Shown: positions 23,193 to 37,882 of the stretch, in pieces | Numbering within the stretch: the stretch's first letter is position 1 | Layout: each line of letters starts with the position of its first letter | DNA from: Prorocentrum cordatum | Lineage: Eukaryota | Length of the DNA stretch: 64,000 bases | Reading direction: 5' to 3' | NCBI GenBank assembly: GCA_963575745.1 | Contig: CAUYUJ010000002.1 | Location: 1,860,001 to 1,924,000, forward strand | The notes under the pieces: generated by a model | Databases searched by the model: none | Told to the model about the DNA's origin: nothing | The model's input: only the letters and a program-made list of their open reading frames with translations | Translations under genes and position numbers: made by a program

Positions 23193-25974
23193 TTAGTTTT
23201 TACCCGCCCCAGGAATTCAGACAATACGATTTCTCCGTTGTAAAAATGTCAGTTTTGGTTCTCCCCCCCTCGCGCGGTCCATCAACAAGGAACAGTAAGC
23301 AGCAAGAAGTCAACAAGGAACAGTAAGCAGCAAGAAGCAGAACTGTCACAGTGGAAACTGGAAGCTGCAACTGACACAGGAAACTGCGAACCTCCGGCCT
23401 ACAGCCTGGTGGCCCCACAAGGGGGCCGGCGGATCATATACCGTTTGCGTGGTATTGAGGGTTATCATGAGAGTGTTAGAGTTGTGCGCATTCTGCTTGG
23501 AAATGCCCTTCAGGAAATCATCCCCCCTCCCTACCGAAAATTGCTTGGCAGGCTTCTCGGCGGCCACTTGCGCGGAGAACGAGGAGGCCGTTCTGTATGG
23601 AGACGAGATCATCGAGGTGACGGTGGGCAGAAGGAGAAGTAGTTGTAGAGCCCGCATTGGGTAACCACCGTCGCAGATAATACTTGAGACAGGGAATGAG
23701 AAGATCGGTTGACGACCATGGGGCCAAACATCAGCGTCCGCGTCCCAAGAGCTAGCAGAGGACGATCGGCTGGCTCACTCAGAAATGTCAGCGGTAGCGT
23801 CGAAAAAAGCGGCGTGCGTAGTATCGTCCTTACCTTTTTTCCTTTGACAAGAAACGACGCAGAGTTGTGGTCGGTGTTGGTGGGTGTTTCTGTAGGCGGA
23901 TCCAGAATTTTGGCCCAAGGAACATAGCTAGACTGGTTGCCAGTTAAGGATGACGTGACATGTTCGAGAGCATTGTTTTGACATCGCATGTGGCAGCCCC
24001 AGCTAGCCCCCGGACATGCCGTCCTCATTGTCGGTGAGTTGGTTTGTAGGTGATGGCCGGTGTACTTTATGGGAAGTTGCCGAGCCAATGATACAGTCAA
24101 AGCCAGCGGAAGCGAGGAAGAGCATGCCGACATCAAGGAAGGGCCTGCCGATTGTTTAGAAAGTGCCTTGGCACAGTGCTTGCCAAAAAACAGAGGCACC
24201 GGGCTCCAACTCCGACGGGCAAGGCAAGGAAGGAGGCGGCATTTCGCAGTCACAGAATCTGGGTTGTCTGTGGGATTGTGGGGGCTGCGCTATGTTCTCG
24301 CCCACGCGCTTTCCTGCCCCGCATCATCGGCTCTTTCTCCCCATCCTTACCTCCTTAACCCTCGACGACCCCAATTCCAGTGTAACCAGGGTCATGGATC
24401 CTGCTTCCTGGAATGAGCGGAGCATAGCATATATCATCCTGGACTTGAACGAAACGGGACCCACTGAAATTTGAATCTGCAAACTAATGTTATGATGTTA
24501 CGGGGGACGGGGTGTACCTCCCGGAGTGGAGACACGGGCATCGGGGACTCAAGAGGAAAATGGTTCCTCTCGCGGAAGGAAAGCGTGACAGCTCCGATCA
24601 GTACTATTTGAGCGCAGCCATGTTGCATTTTCTCCAGTTAGCATTGGAAGCGGCTTGGCGTCCCGCCAGAATTTGGCACCTCGCCTTCACAGGAACGCTG
24701 ACAAGCATACATATCTCTACGTTCACCGCACGAAGAATTGCGAGTCGGAGAAGTTGGGTTGCCTTCTTCCTCTTTTCCTCATCGTCTTCTCTTGTTCTTC
24801 TTATTATTTTTCTTCTTCTTCTTCTTCTTCAACATTGTCCGCCAAGACCTCCGACGTTGTGTTTTCTTTCTCCCATGGGTGGGACCCCGGGGCTCCCGAT
24901 CCCATCCCTGGACCAATTTTCGGTCGTCGGCCGTTCTGTGATAGTCCTGGCGGCCCAAGAGCGGCCTTCGGAAGCCAGGGTTTTCGAAACAATCCGCCGT
25001 GAAATATTTGGTCCGAAGCCTCGGGGCGGAGTCTTTCCTCCTACCCCTCGACCCCTGGGCGCGAACCCCGAAGATATCACCAATCGTAGGCGACGACTGT
25101 GGAGGATGATGACAGAGTTGGTTGACGATTGCGTGTAGGCATCTCTGATTCATCAGTTGCGCACGCGACCGGGACAAAAATGGGCCACGCGTGGTTGTCT
25201 CATTGTGCCCTCGGTTGTTTCACCTTGCGTTGCCCTTTTTCCCGTTTTTTGCGTCCTGGGGCGTCGTCGGATGATCTTTGGCGGAACCCAAAGCGACACA
25301 GAAAGCGGCCTCCAGAGACTCTGGGAGGTCTGAAGAAGTACATTTTTTTTTTTACCCTCCATTTCCGGAACTCAATCTTCATCCTCCTTCCTCATCTCCC
25401 CCTAGATGCTGGTGCTGCTGCTGCTGCTCCTCATCATCCTGTTGCATGTTGCAAGGCCAGTCGCAGCTTTAGCTGCACGGGTAGATTTAGACTGGATCGC
25501 AAGTGCAATTGTCTTGTCTTGTTCTCCTCCTCCATCCTCCGCCCTTTTTCTCTCTATCCTCTAAGGTAGGGCGCGGCATGCGACTCCTAGAGTTCCAGGG
25601 CCGCATCAGCAAGATCGTGACGTGCTTCACGCGTGATGCGCTTCATCACTACAAGTGTCACGCGGTATTATACGCTCCGAGTCTGGCCCCCGCCCCCATC
25701 GACGCCTCGGGCCTCCAACTTTGCGACCCGAGAGATTCGGGCAGTGGTGATCATGTTTCTCGGTTTCACGTTCTACGCCACTGTAGAGTGCAAGGAGGAG
25801 AGGGAGGACGACGGGCATACAGCAGCGTGTCCGGCAACGTGCCATTACGCATATTTCCGCAGCGGCACGGGACATCCGATGTCAGTTGGATTTGGTTCCG
25901 ACACAGCATGCTTCAGCAATGTTGGACAGAACGACGTCGCAGCATGTTTCGCAGGCGATCGGGACGCATAGCAT

Positions 25975-27030
25975 TGCCTTTCCAACTCCAGTTCCACATC
26001 CACAGTTCCCACCCCACAGCTCTCGACCTCAACCTCCAGCTCGCGACCTCACCTGCGACCTCCAACCTTCCACCTCCAGCTTCCAAACTCCACCTATCGA
26101 CTCCGAACTTCGACCACTCGACCTCCAGCGCCCAGACTCCGACCCTCAACGTCCACCGCCAGTTAACGATTTCCAATATCCCACGTCACATGTTCGACCT
26201 CCACTGATCGACCTCCAACCAGAACTGACCCACATCCAGCTTCCAGCCCCCGGCTTCAACATCCACCGCGGGCTTTCGACATTCGATCTTTCGACCTCTC
26301 CAAATCGATTGTCAATTTCACCCACTCGACTCCCAGCTTACAAATTCCAATTGTCAGCATCGACCGCCAGCTGTCGACCTCCAATCGTCTACCTCCAGTG
26401 TTCGACCTCCAGCGATCGACCTTCAACCTCAACTGACCGACCTCCGACTTCCCACCCCCAACTTTTAACTTCCTGCAATCGACTCCCAACCTGAACCAGT
26501 CGACATCCAGCATCCAGATTCCGAATCCCAACGTCCACCGCCAGTTTGTGGCTTCCAATCTTGCATTTCCAACGTGCGACCTCGACCTATTCACCTCCAA
26601 CTTCAACGCTGACCGACCTCCAGCTTCCAGCGGCAGGCGCCCACCATCCCCCGCTGGCTTTCGACATCCGACGTTGCACCTCCAGCTTTCAACCTCCCCC
26701 AGTCAATTTTCAACGTCGCCCTATCGACTTCCAGCTTCCAGATTTCGACTGCCACGATCCACCGACCGCTGTCGACCTCCAATCTTCCACCTCCACCTGT
26801 CGACCTCCACCTATCGACCTTCAACCTCAACTGACCAACATCCAGCTTCCAGCTTCCGACTCCCAGCGCCCACCACTCTTCGACCTTCAACTTTCTAGCT
26901 CCAACTTTCGACCTCCGCCTATCGACCCCCAGCCGCGCATGACCGACTGACCGACTTCCAACCTCCGGCCTCCGACTCCCAGCGCTCACCTTTGCATCTC
27001 CCTGGCTCTGACCTCGCGCGTCCTACCACG
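25975..27030. repeat. Degenerate short-period satellite built on TCGACCT/CCAGCTT/TCAACCT heptamers
   Basis: Dozens of TCGACCTCCA-like words, all on one strand. Confidence 0.88.
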
Positions 27031-27279
27031 TGACCTACTCAACCACAGAGCTAAGTCAGAGTAGATTCCGCCACCCGTCGATCTAGCAGCACCGGGAATA
27101 CTCCGCATAGCTCCGCAATGCATTGTTGGCGGGGAAAAAGCACGACATTATGAGATGGGTGGCGCCTTGCCCGCAAGCACTCTACAGCATCTGCGGCGCA
27201 CGCAGCGCCGTCGCGACGCAGCAGTCACAGACGATTAGAACACATACCGCCAAACAGCATCTCAAGACACTGGCTGCTT

Positions 27280-30200
27280 TCTTACGATCATGCACAAGAA
27301 CGCACGGTCATTGAGCGACGACCGCATAGATGAGGCCACCATCGAGTTGCGAACGGCCCATTGGGATATGATTTTGCCCAGCGAAACTTGGAGGACAGCG
27401 GGGGGCCACGGATGGCACGACCATCCCACGGAGTTGGGATGTTTGCGCATAGACGGCGAAGGAACACACACACACACACACATCAATTTCAAACAATCAG
27501 CCACAGGTTAGCAGCGCTACGCATGCGACGAGGTTCTGTCAAGCTGATCCTGATTGCCGCGTATTTCCAGCATGCGGGGCACTCCGATTACCAAGTGCAG
27601 AGTATGTGCACACTGATATCTGCACTACACGCCGAAGCATGCAGTCAGAAGTACAGCACGGTCTTGACATGCGATGTCAAGGCACGAGTTGGGCACCTAG
27701 AAGGAAACTGGCTGACAAACGCCGACGATGACGACAAGCACGAAGATAAGCAGATGGTCGACTTCAGGCATGTCGGTAATCAGCCGCGCGGGCAGTGCGA
27801 CTGGAGAGAGGACTGGCTACGCGCGTGGCCGCCCCAAAAGAGTCGGATTGTTGTCGATGCATTCGTCCGCAAGCAGACTGCGCAGCTGGCAACGTGCACT
27901 CGCAACAACGACAATGAGAAGCCAATGGGCTTCATTTTGACCTCCAGGCGCTGGTTCTGGTGCTGCCGCAACGCAAAGGCAACTAAAGCATTGGATTTGA
28001 TGTCGGACCACAAAGTTGCAATCGCGCAGTTTTGTTTGCCGCGACATCCAACCAGCAGCCGACGGAATCAGCGACATTCGAGAGCACCACGAAGCACGTT
28101 TCCTGGTTGATGGACCGCGAAGCCGGCGCGCACACGACGACAGTTACGGACAAACTCACGATTGCAGATTTGCCTTTACACCTCGGGGAATTCAACGAGC
28201 ACGCACTACAAAACACAAGTGGAAGCAGCATCTTCGAGCAGGAAAGCGCCCGACCAACCGTGCCCTTACCGCCCGTCCCAGACGCGCCTGCGAGAACCCA
28301 TCTAGCCATGACAGAGCACAGCCAACCAAAACACGAGAGAAAGAGAGAGAGGGAGAGAGAGAAAAAAAAGGGAGTGAGCGCATCGGCAGGCAAACCCGCC
28401 AAGAGGGTCGACAGAGCAAACGGACTTCAAGACGAGCATAGATTTGTAAATTATTGGACGCGCGCCGCGGTCTCAAATTAACCGCTGCGATCAAATCGAG
28501 ACGGGGATGCGCCCATCGCAGAAATGCGCGGCGCGGATGGCAACGCGCACTCAGGCAGGGGGGTCATTGCAAACGTTTTTGCAGATTTCTACTCGCAGTT
28601 TTACCGCACCATTTGATCAGGCGCGCCTCCAGGCCACCGCGACGACAGCACATCGCCGCATACCTTCCAAGAGCTCGACAACGCACTATCAACTCTCAAG
28701 CGTAGCAAAGCACCAGACCAGAGCGGAATACACGTGGAAATGTTGAAACGCGCACCGCCAGAGCTGAAGCAAGTTATCGTTCGACTCTCCAACGCCAATC
28801 TCCGACCAGACACACCGACCTTGCAGAGCTGTCGACGGACAGTCATAACAGCCATACCTAGAGCAGGGGCCCTGACGCAACCCGCAAACTCTTGACCGAT
28901 TTGCAGTATACTTGGTTTTGCACAGGCACTTCAGCAAACATCTTTACGAAAGATCACAACCGCAAGTAGACGAGCACCAACCCTCAGATCGAGCTGGATT
29001 GCTCTCGTCGGCCCGCGCAAGACCATTTATTTTTGTTTCCCACATTTTTCGTGAACGAGCGCGTGAGTGGAACCAGCCCCTGTGGACATCAGCACTCGAT
29101 TTCGAACAAGTTTTCAACGCAGCAGAAGCACGAGAGGCGTTGGGCGACATTGGAGGGTCAAGGTACCGCAGCAGATTACATCCACTTTCTAACGCAATTC
29201 GACTCTTATCAAACAGCGGCAGCGCAAACAGACACGACCAGTCGCCCATGACATCTCACGAGAGGCACGAAACAGTGTGACCCCCTCAGCTCAATTCGTT
29301 TCAAGAGCACGTCATGGGTTCGCCCGTCACCACATGGCAACCACGCGCCCAAGGAGTCAAAGTTTGATTCCCCTTGGCTGCTGCCTGACGAACCTCCGCC
29401 TCGCTGACGACGTTCTCCTTGTGAGCACGACTCTTTTTCCTCTCGACATCACGCTGGAGGACGCGGCCGCGGCAGCGCGCAATCATGGTTTTCACGCGCA
29501 CCCCGACAACGAAGATATTGCCCAATCTGTCTGAACAGACGGGGGGGGGGGCGCGGCAGCGCGCGGTGAACGCCGACGATTTGGAGATCGAGGCGCTGCC
29601 ATGCGCCAGTTCGGCCAAGAACCTGGGCCAACGCAGTGGTTTGAGCGACGCTGCGTTACGTGAAGTAAGCAACCGCTTGAAGGCAGACTGGGCAGCTTTC
29701 ACCATTCGCAGTCAAGGGCCACGGAAGCACTGGCCACTAAAGCAAGGACTCCAGCTTATAGACGGCAAGGCCACACCGGATATATTTCTGCGGCGCATAT
29801 CCAAGATTTGAAAATTGATTGAGCCCCTTTCGACAGATGCTGCGACGCACACAGCGGCGCATGTTGCGCATGGTCATCGGCGCCTTTCGACGACGACGCG
29901 CCGACGTCATATTAACGTCTAGAGCGACCAGTCCACAAGGCACGTTCGGCGCCAGTTCCAGGTCTTCGCGCGGACAGCACTGATGGGGGGGATGTAGACA
30001 ACCGCCCTCCAACCACCCAGTTAAGCAACATAACCAGCGACGCAAAACGCGACGCCATGGGCGATGAGGTTAACCAGCCTGGGAAGCGGATTTGAATCAT
30101 GGGCACAATGCATCAAGCGAGCCACCCGACGCGCAGAATCTTTCGTGCACGAGCAAAAAAACACGACCGGGCGACAACACAGCGAGAGATGGCATGGAGA

Positions 30201-30414
30201 TGCGCAGCCCGGCTTGCGACTCAACTACCACGAGACTTGCCGCGGCGCGGCCTTCAATGGCGCCCGAGCCGACCAGAATGGACAGCGTCGCCCTGGAGGA
30301 CAGTGGAAGGATGGGACGATGATCTCCGCGAGTTTCACCGCCATTTCCACGCTGCCGACAACCGACGCCAGACGGCGCACAGGCAGAATGACCTATGACA
30401 CCACTTGGCTATAA
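27280..30414 (+). mobile_element. Degenerate non-LTR retrotransposon, AP endonuclease plus RT (RTE-like)
   Basis: Endonuclease motifs: HKNARSL..DRIDE..EL...WDMILPSETWR, GVGMF, IAAYF, CDVKARVG (GDFNA-like) and MSDHK. RT motifs: KAPDQSGIHVEMLK (~28706), ERAREWNQPLWTSALDFEQVF and LTNLRLADDVLL (~29385). Many stops and frameshifts. Confidence 0.9.
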
Positions 30415-30747
30415 TCTACTCGAACAGATAAGGCAGAAAAGTTGGATACATATTCGCTATTAGTTCGGCGCCCAGCGCCCCAGCGACAACGGCGCCTGCT
30501 ATCGATGCTCTTGGCTTTTTCCTGCGAGGCCATGGCCTCGCGCGTTCCGTCCATAAGGGGCCCTGGCGATTACGCGCATGAGCGTTCTGGTTCGTTCCGT
30601 TATTGGGTGGGGCTTTGACGCGCCGAATGTGAACCGGCAGTGTTTCGGACAGAATATGAAGGACACCGGACGGCATTTTCGTGTCTCGTGTTCCCAGAAT
30701 TCTCCGCGAAGCGAAGATCGAAAAGGTCATTCGACATCCTCACTTTT

Positions 30748-31081
30748 CCGCCTCCTATTCCTCCTCCTCCTCTTCCTCATCTGCATCCGCATTTTCCTTC
30801 TCCTCCTCCTCTTCTTTCTCTTCTTCCTCCTCCCTCCTCATCCTCATCCTCATCCTCGTCCTCCTCCTGTCTCCCTTCTCCGCCCCTGTTCTTCCTCCTC
30901 CTCCCCTCCCCCTCCTCCTCGTCCCTGCCCCTCCTCCGGGCGCGCTCCACCTCCTTCTCGTCCTCTTCCATGGTCCTCCATATTCCTCGCCTCCACCTTC
31001 TTCCCCCTTCTCATCCTCCTCCTCCTGCCCCCCCTCCTCGCCCCCCTGTCCTCCTGCCCCTACCCCCCGCCCTCCTCCCTC
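30748..31081. repeat. (CCT)n-rich tract
   Basis: Directly visible. Confidence 0.92.
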
Positions 31082-31149
31082 GAGCCAGTTGGGCTGGAGC
31101 GCCAGGCCCCGCGCCCCGCGCCTGGGCAAGTGCCCGCAGCCCCCCCCCC

Positions 31150-34100
31150 TGCACTTCCACGCAGCGCTTGGGGGATTTTGCCGCGGGCGCGCCCCATCAC
31201 CTGCATGCGTCAACGAAAGCAGGGGGGACTTTCGCGATGTCAGCCACTCGTCGCCCATAGAGCAAGCGTCAGCTTTGCCAAACATGCGAATGCAATGACA
31301 AGCTCCTCCTCGCAGATTGCCGCCGCGGCAAGCGCTCCAAGCAGGCGCGGCTACTCTAGCCACGCACCCGCTCCAAGTCGGCTGAACGAGGCGCGCATTT
31401 CGAGGGCGAGACGGCGTCGGGAACCGCGACCCCGCGCAGCGGGGCGAAGGGCGGCCTGAAGAAGAGCCAGGACATCTCGGCGCTGCTCGAGCAGGCGCTG
31501 AAGGCCACCCAGGACACTGAGCTGGAGCAGGTGCTGCAGCAGCAGTCGAGGCGGTTGGCTAGTCAGAACACGAACGCCACGAACAGCGACGCCGCCGATG
31601 CCGCCAAACGTGCTGGCGGTGCCTGGAAGGCCGCCAGGAACCGACGCCGGCAGTTGGTGGACAAGGTGATGAGGTTGCGGCAGCAGCTCAGCATCGCGGA
31701 AAGCAAGGAGAGCGAGGCTGCCGCCCAGCTCGCTCGCGCAGCGGCGGCGAAGACGGCGGCCACGAGGGCTTCGGTGCAGGCCGATGGGAGTCAGCGTTGT
31801 TGCCGCTTCCAACGAGCAAGAGACCAAACCCATGTTCAGCACCACGACGAGCATGGATGTGTTCAGCCCCTTCGAGTCGCGGGACCGCGAGGGGGCGGGC
31901 AAGCGGCAGCTGCGGCCCCTGAAGGCCAAACTAGAGCAGCACAAGGCAGCCATGGAGGAGAAGAGCTCCGCGCGGCAATCTTTCGTCGACAAGGCGAAAC
32001 AGGCGGAGAAAGAGGTCGCCGAGAGGATGGCCGAGAAACGCAAGGGGAACGACGGCGGCGCTCAGGACAGCTCGAGCGCTGCCGCTCCCGAGGCAGCGGC
32101 AGTGGCGGGCCGCGCAGGTTTTTGCAGCGCCGCTAGCCCCGACACCGTCGATCCCGCACAGGAGAAGGCCATCAATAAGGAGGTGGCGAAGATCTCACAG
32201 GCGAGGTTTCAGGCAGCCGCAGCGACCAACAAGGGCAAGGGCACCGAGGGCGGCAAAGGCGCGGGCGCGCTTCCTGCTGCCGACAGCCCAGGCCCCTCCA
32301 GATGACTAGGGGACTCTACGTCGACTACGCAGGCCACGGGTGCTGTGAGTTCGGGGACCACCAGCGCGTGTGCTGGTGCCAGTTCGGGCAGCTTGGGGGC
32401 TGCCATATCTTCGGCTACTTCGCCAGCTACACCTTCTACCTCTGCGGGTGCTGCTGCCGCGGGTTGTACTGCAACTACGACGAGCAGCGACGAACAAGTG
32501 TCGTCACTCTTGTTTCTCGAACATCACGTGTATGGGCGACAGAGCTTGGGGGCATGCCGGCAGGCTCTTGAAGGAAGGGCATTCGTGCACCAGCTTTGGG
32601 CGAGACGCGCACCGACCAGCCGTCGATCAGCAAGTGGCGGCGAAAAGCTCGCGATGGCAATCTCAATCTCTATGACAACGCTGCTCGGTCGAAGAGCAGG
32701 TGGATCAGTTCTACAGGCAGCGCATTTGTCAACGATGGCGGCGAGTTTTTCCTGGTGGCTAGGCACAAGCCAGCTTGCATCTTGGACGAGGCGCGGGCTG
32801 CCCCAGGACTCCGATGGAGCGAGGCAGCTCTTTCGGCGGCTTCGTAGCAGTCTTGCTTGAGCTAAACGGATATTCAGTTGTCGCTTTCACTTGTTTACGG
32901 TCACTCAGCCATAGACATGAAAGATCAGAATGTCACCAGATTTCGGAAGCTTGCGTCTCTCGTAGCTGCCCTCCAGCTTCCGCGGTTAGTTGTTGCAGAT
33001 TGGAATTGCACCCTTGCCCCCTCAACAAGACTGGCTTTCTCGAAAAGACGGGGGACCAACTCTTGCGTTGCGAGGCTGACTTTGCTTGTGCGCCTGGAGG
33101 GGGCCATAAGCCCTCTCACTTAGATGTTGTAGTTGCCGGTGCCGCCGCGCGGCCTTACATTCGCTCAGCGTGTGCCGTGTGCGACGCGTCGTGGCGCCCT
33201 CGCATCGGGCTCCACGTGAGGTTTGTAGGCGCCAGCTCTCAGCTCTATACTCGCGTCTTAGAGTTGCCCCCCAGGCTCCCCAAAGTGGTCCGCCCTGGGA
33301 AGCAGCCAACGGAAGGTTCAAAACCGAACCGTAGCAATGCCAAGCGCGAAGTAGACCGTAGGATAGGCCTAGAGAAGCGCAGTCCGAGAATCCAGGAGCG
33401 GTTCGGAGATGCGCCCACCGTGGATAAACATGTCGAGAGCGACGGGGAGGCGTCGGGGTCAGAAGGGCTCGAGGCCAGCAGCGTCCTTGGCGACAGCAAC
33501 TGGCTGGACCAGTATAACTATGACCCGTGGGCCGACAAGCCCAACTTCGACCCCCTCTAAACCGCGCGCGCCGCCCAGCCTGTCTTTGTTGCTCCTCTTG
33601 CCAGCTCGTCGCAGTCAGTCGCTGAGCCAGCTCGTGCTAATTCGACCCCTTTTAACCCCGAGAGCCCCGATGCGCCCGACAGCGCGGACGCAGGCGCCGT
33701 CCACCCCCGGCAGGCGAGATCGCAGCCCCAGGCCCCTGACACCGCAGGCTCCATCTCAACTGTTGCAGAGAATGAAGCTGAGAAGCCGAATTGCACCGAT
33801 GTCTCGTTCGATGTGCCCGTGGAGACTTGGAGCCAGGCCAGGAAAAGCGGTCGGTTCTCTCCGAACTCTTCCAATAGTATTGCCCTTGCTGTTGCGTCGC
33901 CCGTAGCCTTTCGACTCAGGGCACAGTTGCCCTTTTCAGCGCACATCAGTTCACTTTACTGTAGTTGGCTTCGGTCTGTTGAGTTGGCTACCGACTCACG
34001 CCATCAGCAGGCCCCACCTGCGCTGAGCCGAGGTCAAGCAGTGCAGTTTCGTGTGTGTGTGTGAGGTCCTCCAGTCCAAGCCGCAGCGTATTCAACCTCT

Positions 34101-37100
34101 TCGGGATCGAGTCGCAGGCTGGTGGGCCCGTGCATCGACCATTGTTCATAGCCTCGCCAGTCACCGTCAGCGGCAAAACGGTGATAAGCAGCAGCAAATT
34201 ATCATCGCGGCCGCGCGTGACCTCTTGTCGCAGGACCCAAGGAGAGCCACAGAGTTCTTCGCAGAGGTGATCGTCTCAAGTGGTCCCAATGGCAACCAGC
34301 CCTCAGCCAATTGGGTGAGACCGCGCTGGGCGAACATATGAGGCTTGACAATGACGCAGCACGCATCGCCCGTCGTAGTCAGCAGCGTGCCATTCAACGC
34401 TCACTGCAGGAATTTCGAGAGTGGGCTGAGACAGCACCAGCAGTAGGAGCAGTTCACAAGGCCATTCGTGACCCGGTGCTGCCAGCCGACACTCTTGAGA
34501 TAGGCCCCAGGACGCTGATGCACCCCAAGGATATCATGGACGCTAAATCGGAGAAGTGGGAGCGTCTCTGGGGTCCAGCAGATGATGAGCTTCAGCAGTT
34601 GCAAGGGTTGTTTGTTGACATGCGGCAGCGTATACTAGGTGAGTCGCTCATGCCTCTTGGAGTCCAGGAACTTCGGGAGGCGCTCAGGAGTATGAAGCCC
34701 AAAACTGCCATAGGAATTGATCGAGTCAGCAGTCACGACTTCGACAGATTTTGCCAGATGCAGCTCTTGCAGAGTTAGGCGAGATCCTCACGCTCTGCGA
34801 ACTGCACCAGGTGTTGCCCCATCAGGTGCCCCTCGCGTTGGGCGCCCTCTTGCCCAAGAAGGTGACTGGCGACCGTGTGATCGGGTTGCTATCCCACCTC
34901 GGGCGCGCCTGGTCTCGCGCCCGCGAAGTGCACGTCCGCACTTGGGCGGGCCTGTGCGAGGCGCACTGGGGCGCAGCGGTGCGCGGCAATGCCGCACTTC
35001 GCGAGGTCTTTCTTCGCGCGGTGGACGAATAACTTGCTGTGTGGCACGGCGCTTCAGTTGGCAATGGCATGATCTGATTGACGCAGCGAATTTTTATGAT
35101 ACGGTGGGCTGGTATCGCATGGACAAGGCAGCTCTTCGTCTCCTTTTCCTCCTGAAGTATTAGGCCTCGAACTCCGGAAATGCAGTGCTGCTCGTTGCGT
35201 GCAGTAGTCAGGATCATGCGGCGCCCAATTTTGCGCCGTCGCGGTCCACTGCGCAGGGATTGCGAGGCGGCGCTCGTGTTGGGAAATGTTATACTTATTT
35301 TGTTTTGCAGAGAATCCATACCGCACATGTCAGCATGTTTCATCGGATTAGGGTGGGCGACCTGAGCCAGACAGCGCATGGTTCTCGGGTTGCAGCGAGC
35401 GCGTAATCGCTTAGTTTCGTGCTTAGCAAAAAATTGTGCCGAGCTTGAGCGACATGGCATGGCTGCGTCGCCCAAGTCCGTGGTGCATTGCACTCGCACT
35501 GCGGATGCGCGCGCTGTGGTTCGAAGACTGGCGGCCGAGGGGTACCGCCTCAAAGTGGCCAGTCAGGCAGCTTATCTTGGCGGCGACCTTTCTGGAGGCC
35601 GCCGCCATGGACGCGCCGCGCGCCGTGCCCGAGCGGCCAAGCATCAAGCTACGTCCAAGGAGAATGTGGGCTTCGCACGTGCCACCCGTCGATATCGAGC
35701 GCCATGTCGCTTGGAGCTCCAATGCGCTCAACCCGCAGGCATGCGCGGGCATCAGCTGCATGGGGCGCGGGGTGATCAGTTGCAACGCGTGCGGCGCAAG
35801 TTTGCCAATGGTGCCGGACCCAGGTTGACAGGGCGGTGTGCGACGACATTGCTAGACCTGAAAGCCCCCGACCGCGATCCGCAGTACAAGCTGCCGATGG
35901 ACGCGTTGCGTACGTGGCTGGCTATGTGGTCCTCTCGCCCATCCGTGCATGCAGGAGTTGCCATGCAATGGAAGCAGATAGCCACCGAGTTGGCTGGATT
36001 CACACCCGAGGCACGCTGCCGCAGGATTCGAGGACCCCAGGGAGCTGTCATTGCCTACCTACCCCAGGCAGGCTGGACTCCAGATTCACCTTCAGAGTGG
36101 ACAACCCCTGGCGGCAGCTCGGCCTGGCAGTCCAAGTTCGACAAACTCACTGGCCATTCCGTCCTCGACGTGCCCGAGCCCCTCTTCCTCTAGCACAGGC
36201 AGTCAGTCCAGGCGCAGATGTGGCAGAAGGCGGCTCTACACCACGGTGGTGCTGGCATGGATAACGGAGCGTGCAACTTTTCGTAGAGGAAGCTATTGGC
36301 TCAGTTGGAGCAGGCGCCTGGTGGATCCCGGCTCTCTGGTCAGCTGCTGGCGGCGGCGGGCGCGGCGTGGCCGCGGACGCGTCGCCAGACGCGCTGCCGC
36401 CAGACGTTCCCTGTCCTCTGTCCTAGGTGCAAGCTTGTACCAGAAACAAGTTTTCACGTAATTTTGGGGTGCAGCTGTCAGTCGCAACATCCGATTTTTA
36501 AACTTAGCGAAGATTTAGTTCCCAAGGCCTACGCCCAAGCCGAGGCCGAATAGCGCTTTTGGACCCGCGGTTTAATTCCCAAGGCCTGGATGGAGGCATC
36601 CCCTCCGCCTGAGACGGAATTGTGGGCGACCAGCGACAATTGCAGTTTCGAGTGTCTAGGCACACGTATTTTTGATAGGCCTTTGTTTTTGCTTGGTGAA
36701 GCGAGTGGGGTGAAGATGCCCACCACCCCCTGCTCCGACGAGTAGGCCTCGGAATTGTGTCGTTTCAGCAACTTGACGAACGAATGGAGATTTCTGTAGG
36801 TGCGTGGGGGCACCTCCCTGGCGCCAGGCAAACGATCGCTAGGGGGGAGATTTGGTGCCTCCTAACGTGTTTGCAGCATGTATCAGGGCAGTGTGTGTGT
36901 GCACACCACAGATAGTGACGCAGTCACTGTAGGGTGGTATCAGCGTAAGTGGCTCGACCCCTCGGGCCCTGACGCTGACCTCTGGTGGCGAATAGGGCGT
37001 GTCTTACAAGAGAGAGGGTTCTCGCTTTCTTGCACTGTGTTTTTCGTCCATTTGCACCTTGAGGGTGCCGATATTGTGCGAGGTATAGCGCCCCGCCTCC

Positions 37101-37790
37101 TTGTACTAGGTAATACCATAGCAGATAGTTTCGCAGCGGCTGGTGCAGGTGTTGCCAGGCTTGCCGAGTCCGACCGTGCACGCATACACAGTACCGAGCA
37201 GCAAACTTTCGCAGTTCGCATGCGCATCCTCCAACGCCAACGCACACTCGAGGCCATCCAGGCCGGAAAGCGTATCTTAGCTGATCAGGGTGGTAAGCGC
37301 AGGCGCAAGCAGCAAGTTCCAGATGTTGTTCGGCCTCCAGCGGCCAGCGTGTGTACCATGTTCAGTAGTTATGATAGCCTCAAGGAGAATGCAAATAGCT
37401 GTTCCAGGTGTCAGGGTTTCACATCCTTGGCTCGTAGAAGCGACTGGCTGAGCTCCCCTTGTTTTTCCATAGCTTACGTGGACGGGATTTAATACAGGCC
37501 TCCTCCTGGGCAACGAGTGCATCTTGGGGGGGGGTCACGAATCTCACATTCTGAATAGCCATTCGGGTTTAAACCTAAGTGTGGTTGTTACGCCTCGCAA
37601 CAGCTTCGAGCGTTAGCCGCCAAGTGCGAGGGGGTCGTGTCTGGCAATCGGAAGAATTACGTTGGCAGGATTTCCCGAGGCCTTTGGCTTAAGGTTCGCA
37701 GTACAGCCGAGCTGGCCAGCGGGAAGCGGCAGGGTTTGTAGCCGCTTCAGTCTCTCGTAAGCGACACTGTCGCCACACCCAGAACTCCAG
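31150..37790 (+). mobile_element. Degenerate near-full-length non-LTR retrotransposon: coiled-coil ORF1-like region, AP endonuclease, RT, Cys/His finger, RNase H, C-terminal Cys module
   Basis: Ala/Gln/Lys-rich coiled-coil frames at 31450-32305. VVADWNC (GDWN-like, ~32990). RT: ALRSMKPKTAIGIDRV, LLPKKVTGDRVIGLL, WGAAVRGNAALR, IDAANFYDTV, RVGDLSQ and YLGGDL. Finger: CPRCKLVPETSFHVILGC. RNase H: HTTDSDAV...DADLWWRI...VHLHL...LGNTIADSFAAAGA. C-terminal: KCGCYASQQLRALAAKC. Boundaries are approximate. Confidence 0.9.
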
Positions 37791-37796
37791 AACTCC

Positions 37797-37882
37797 CCGT
37801 CCTCCTCCTCCTCCTCCTCTTCCTCCTCTTCCTCCTCCTCCTCCGCTTCCTCCTCCTCCTCCTCCGCTTCCTCCTCTTCCCC
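37797..37882. repeat. (CCT)n tract between two convergent LINEs
   Basis: Directly visible. Confidence 0.95.

Noticed and set aside
23282..23337. Perfect 28-bp tandem duplication (a similar 24-bp one lies at about 16941-16987)
   Set aside because: Ordinary local slippage with no further structure
23340..24740. Complex non-repetitive stretch that might be a decayed gene or transposon
   Set aside because: No recognisable motif in any frame
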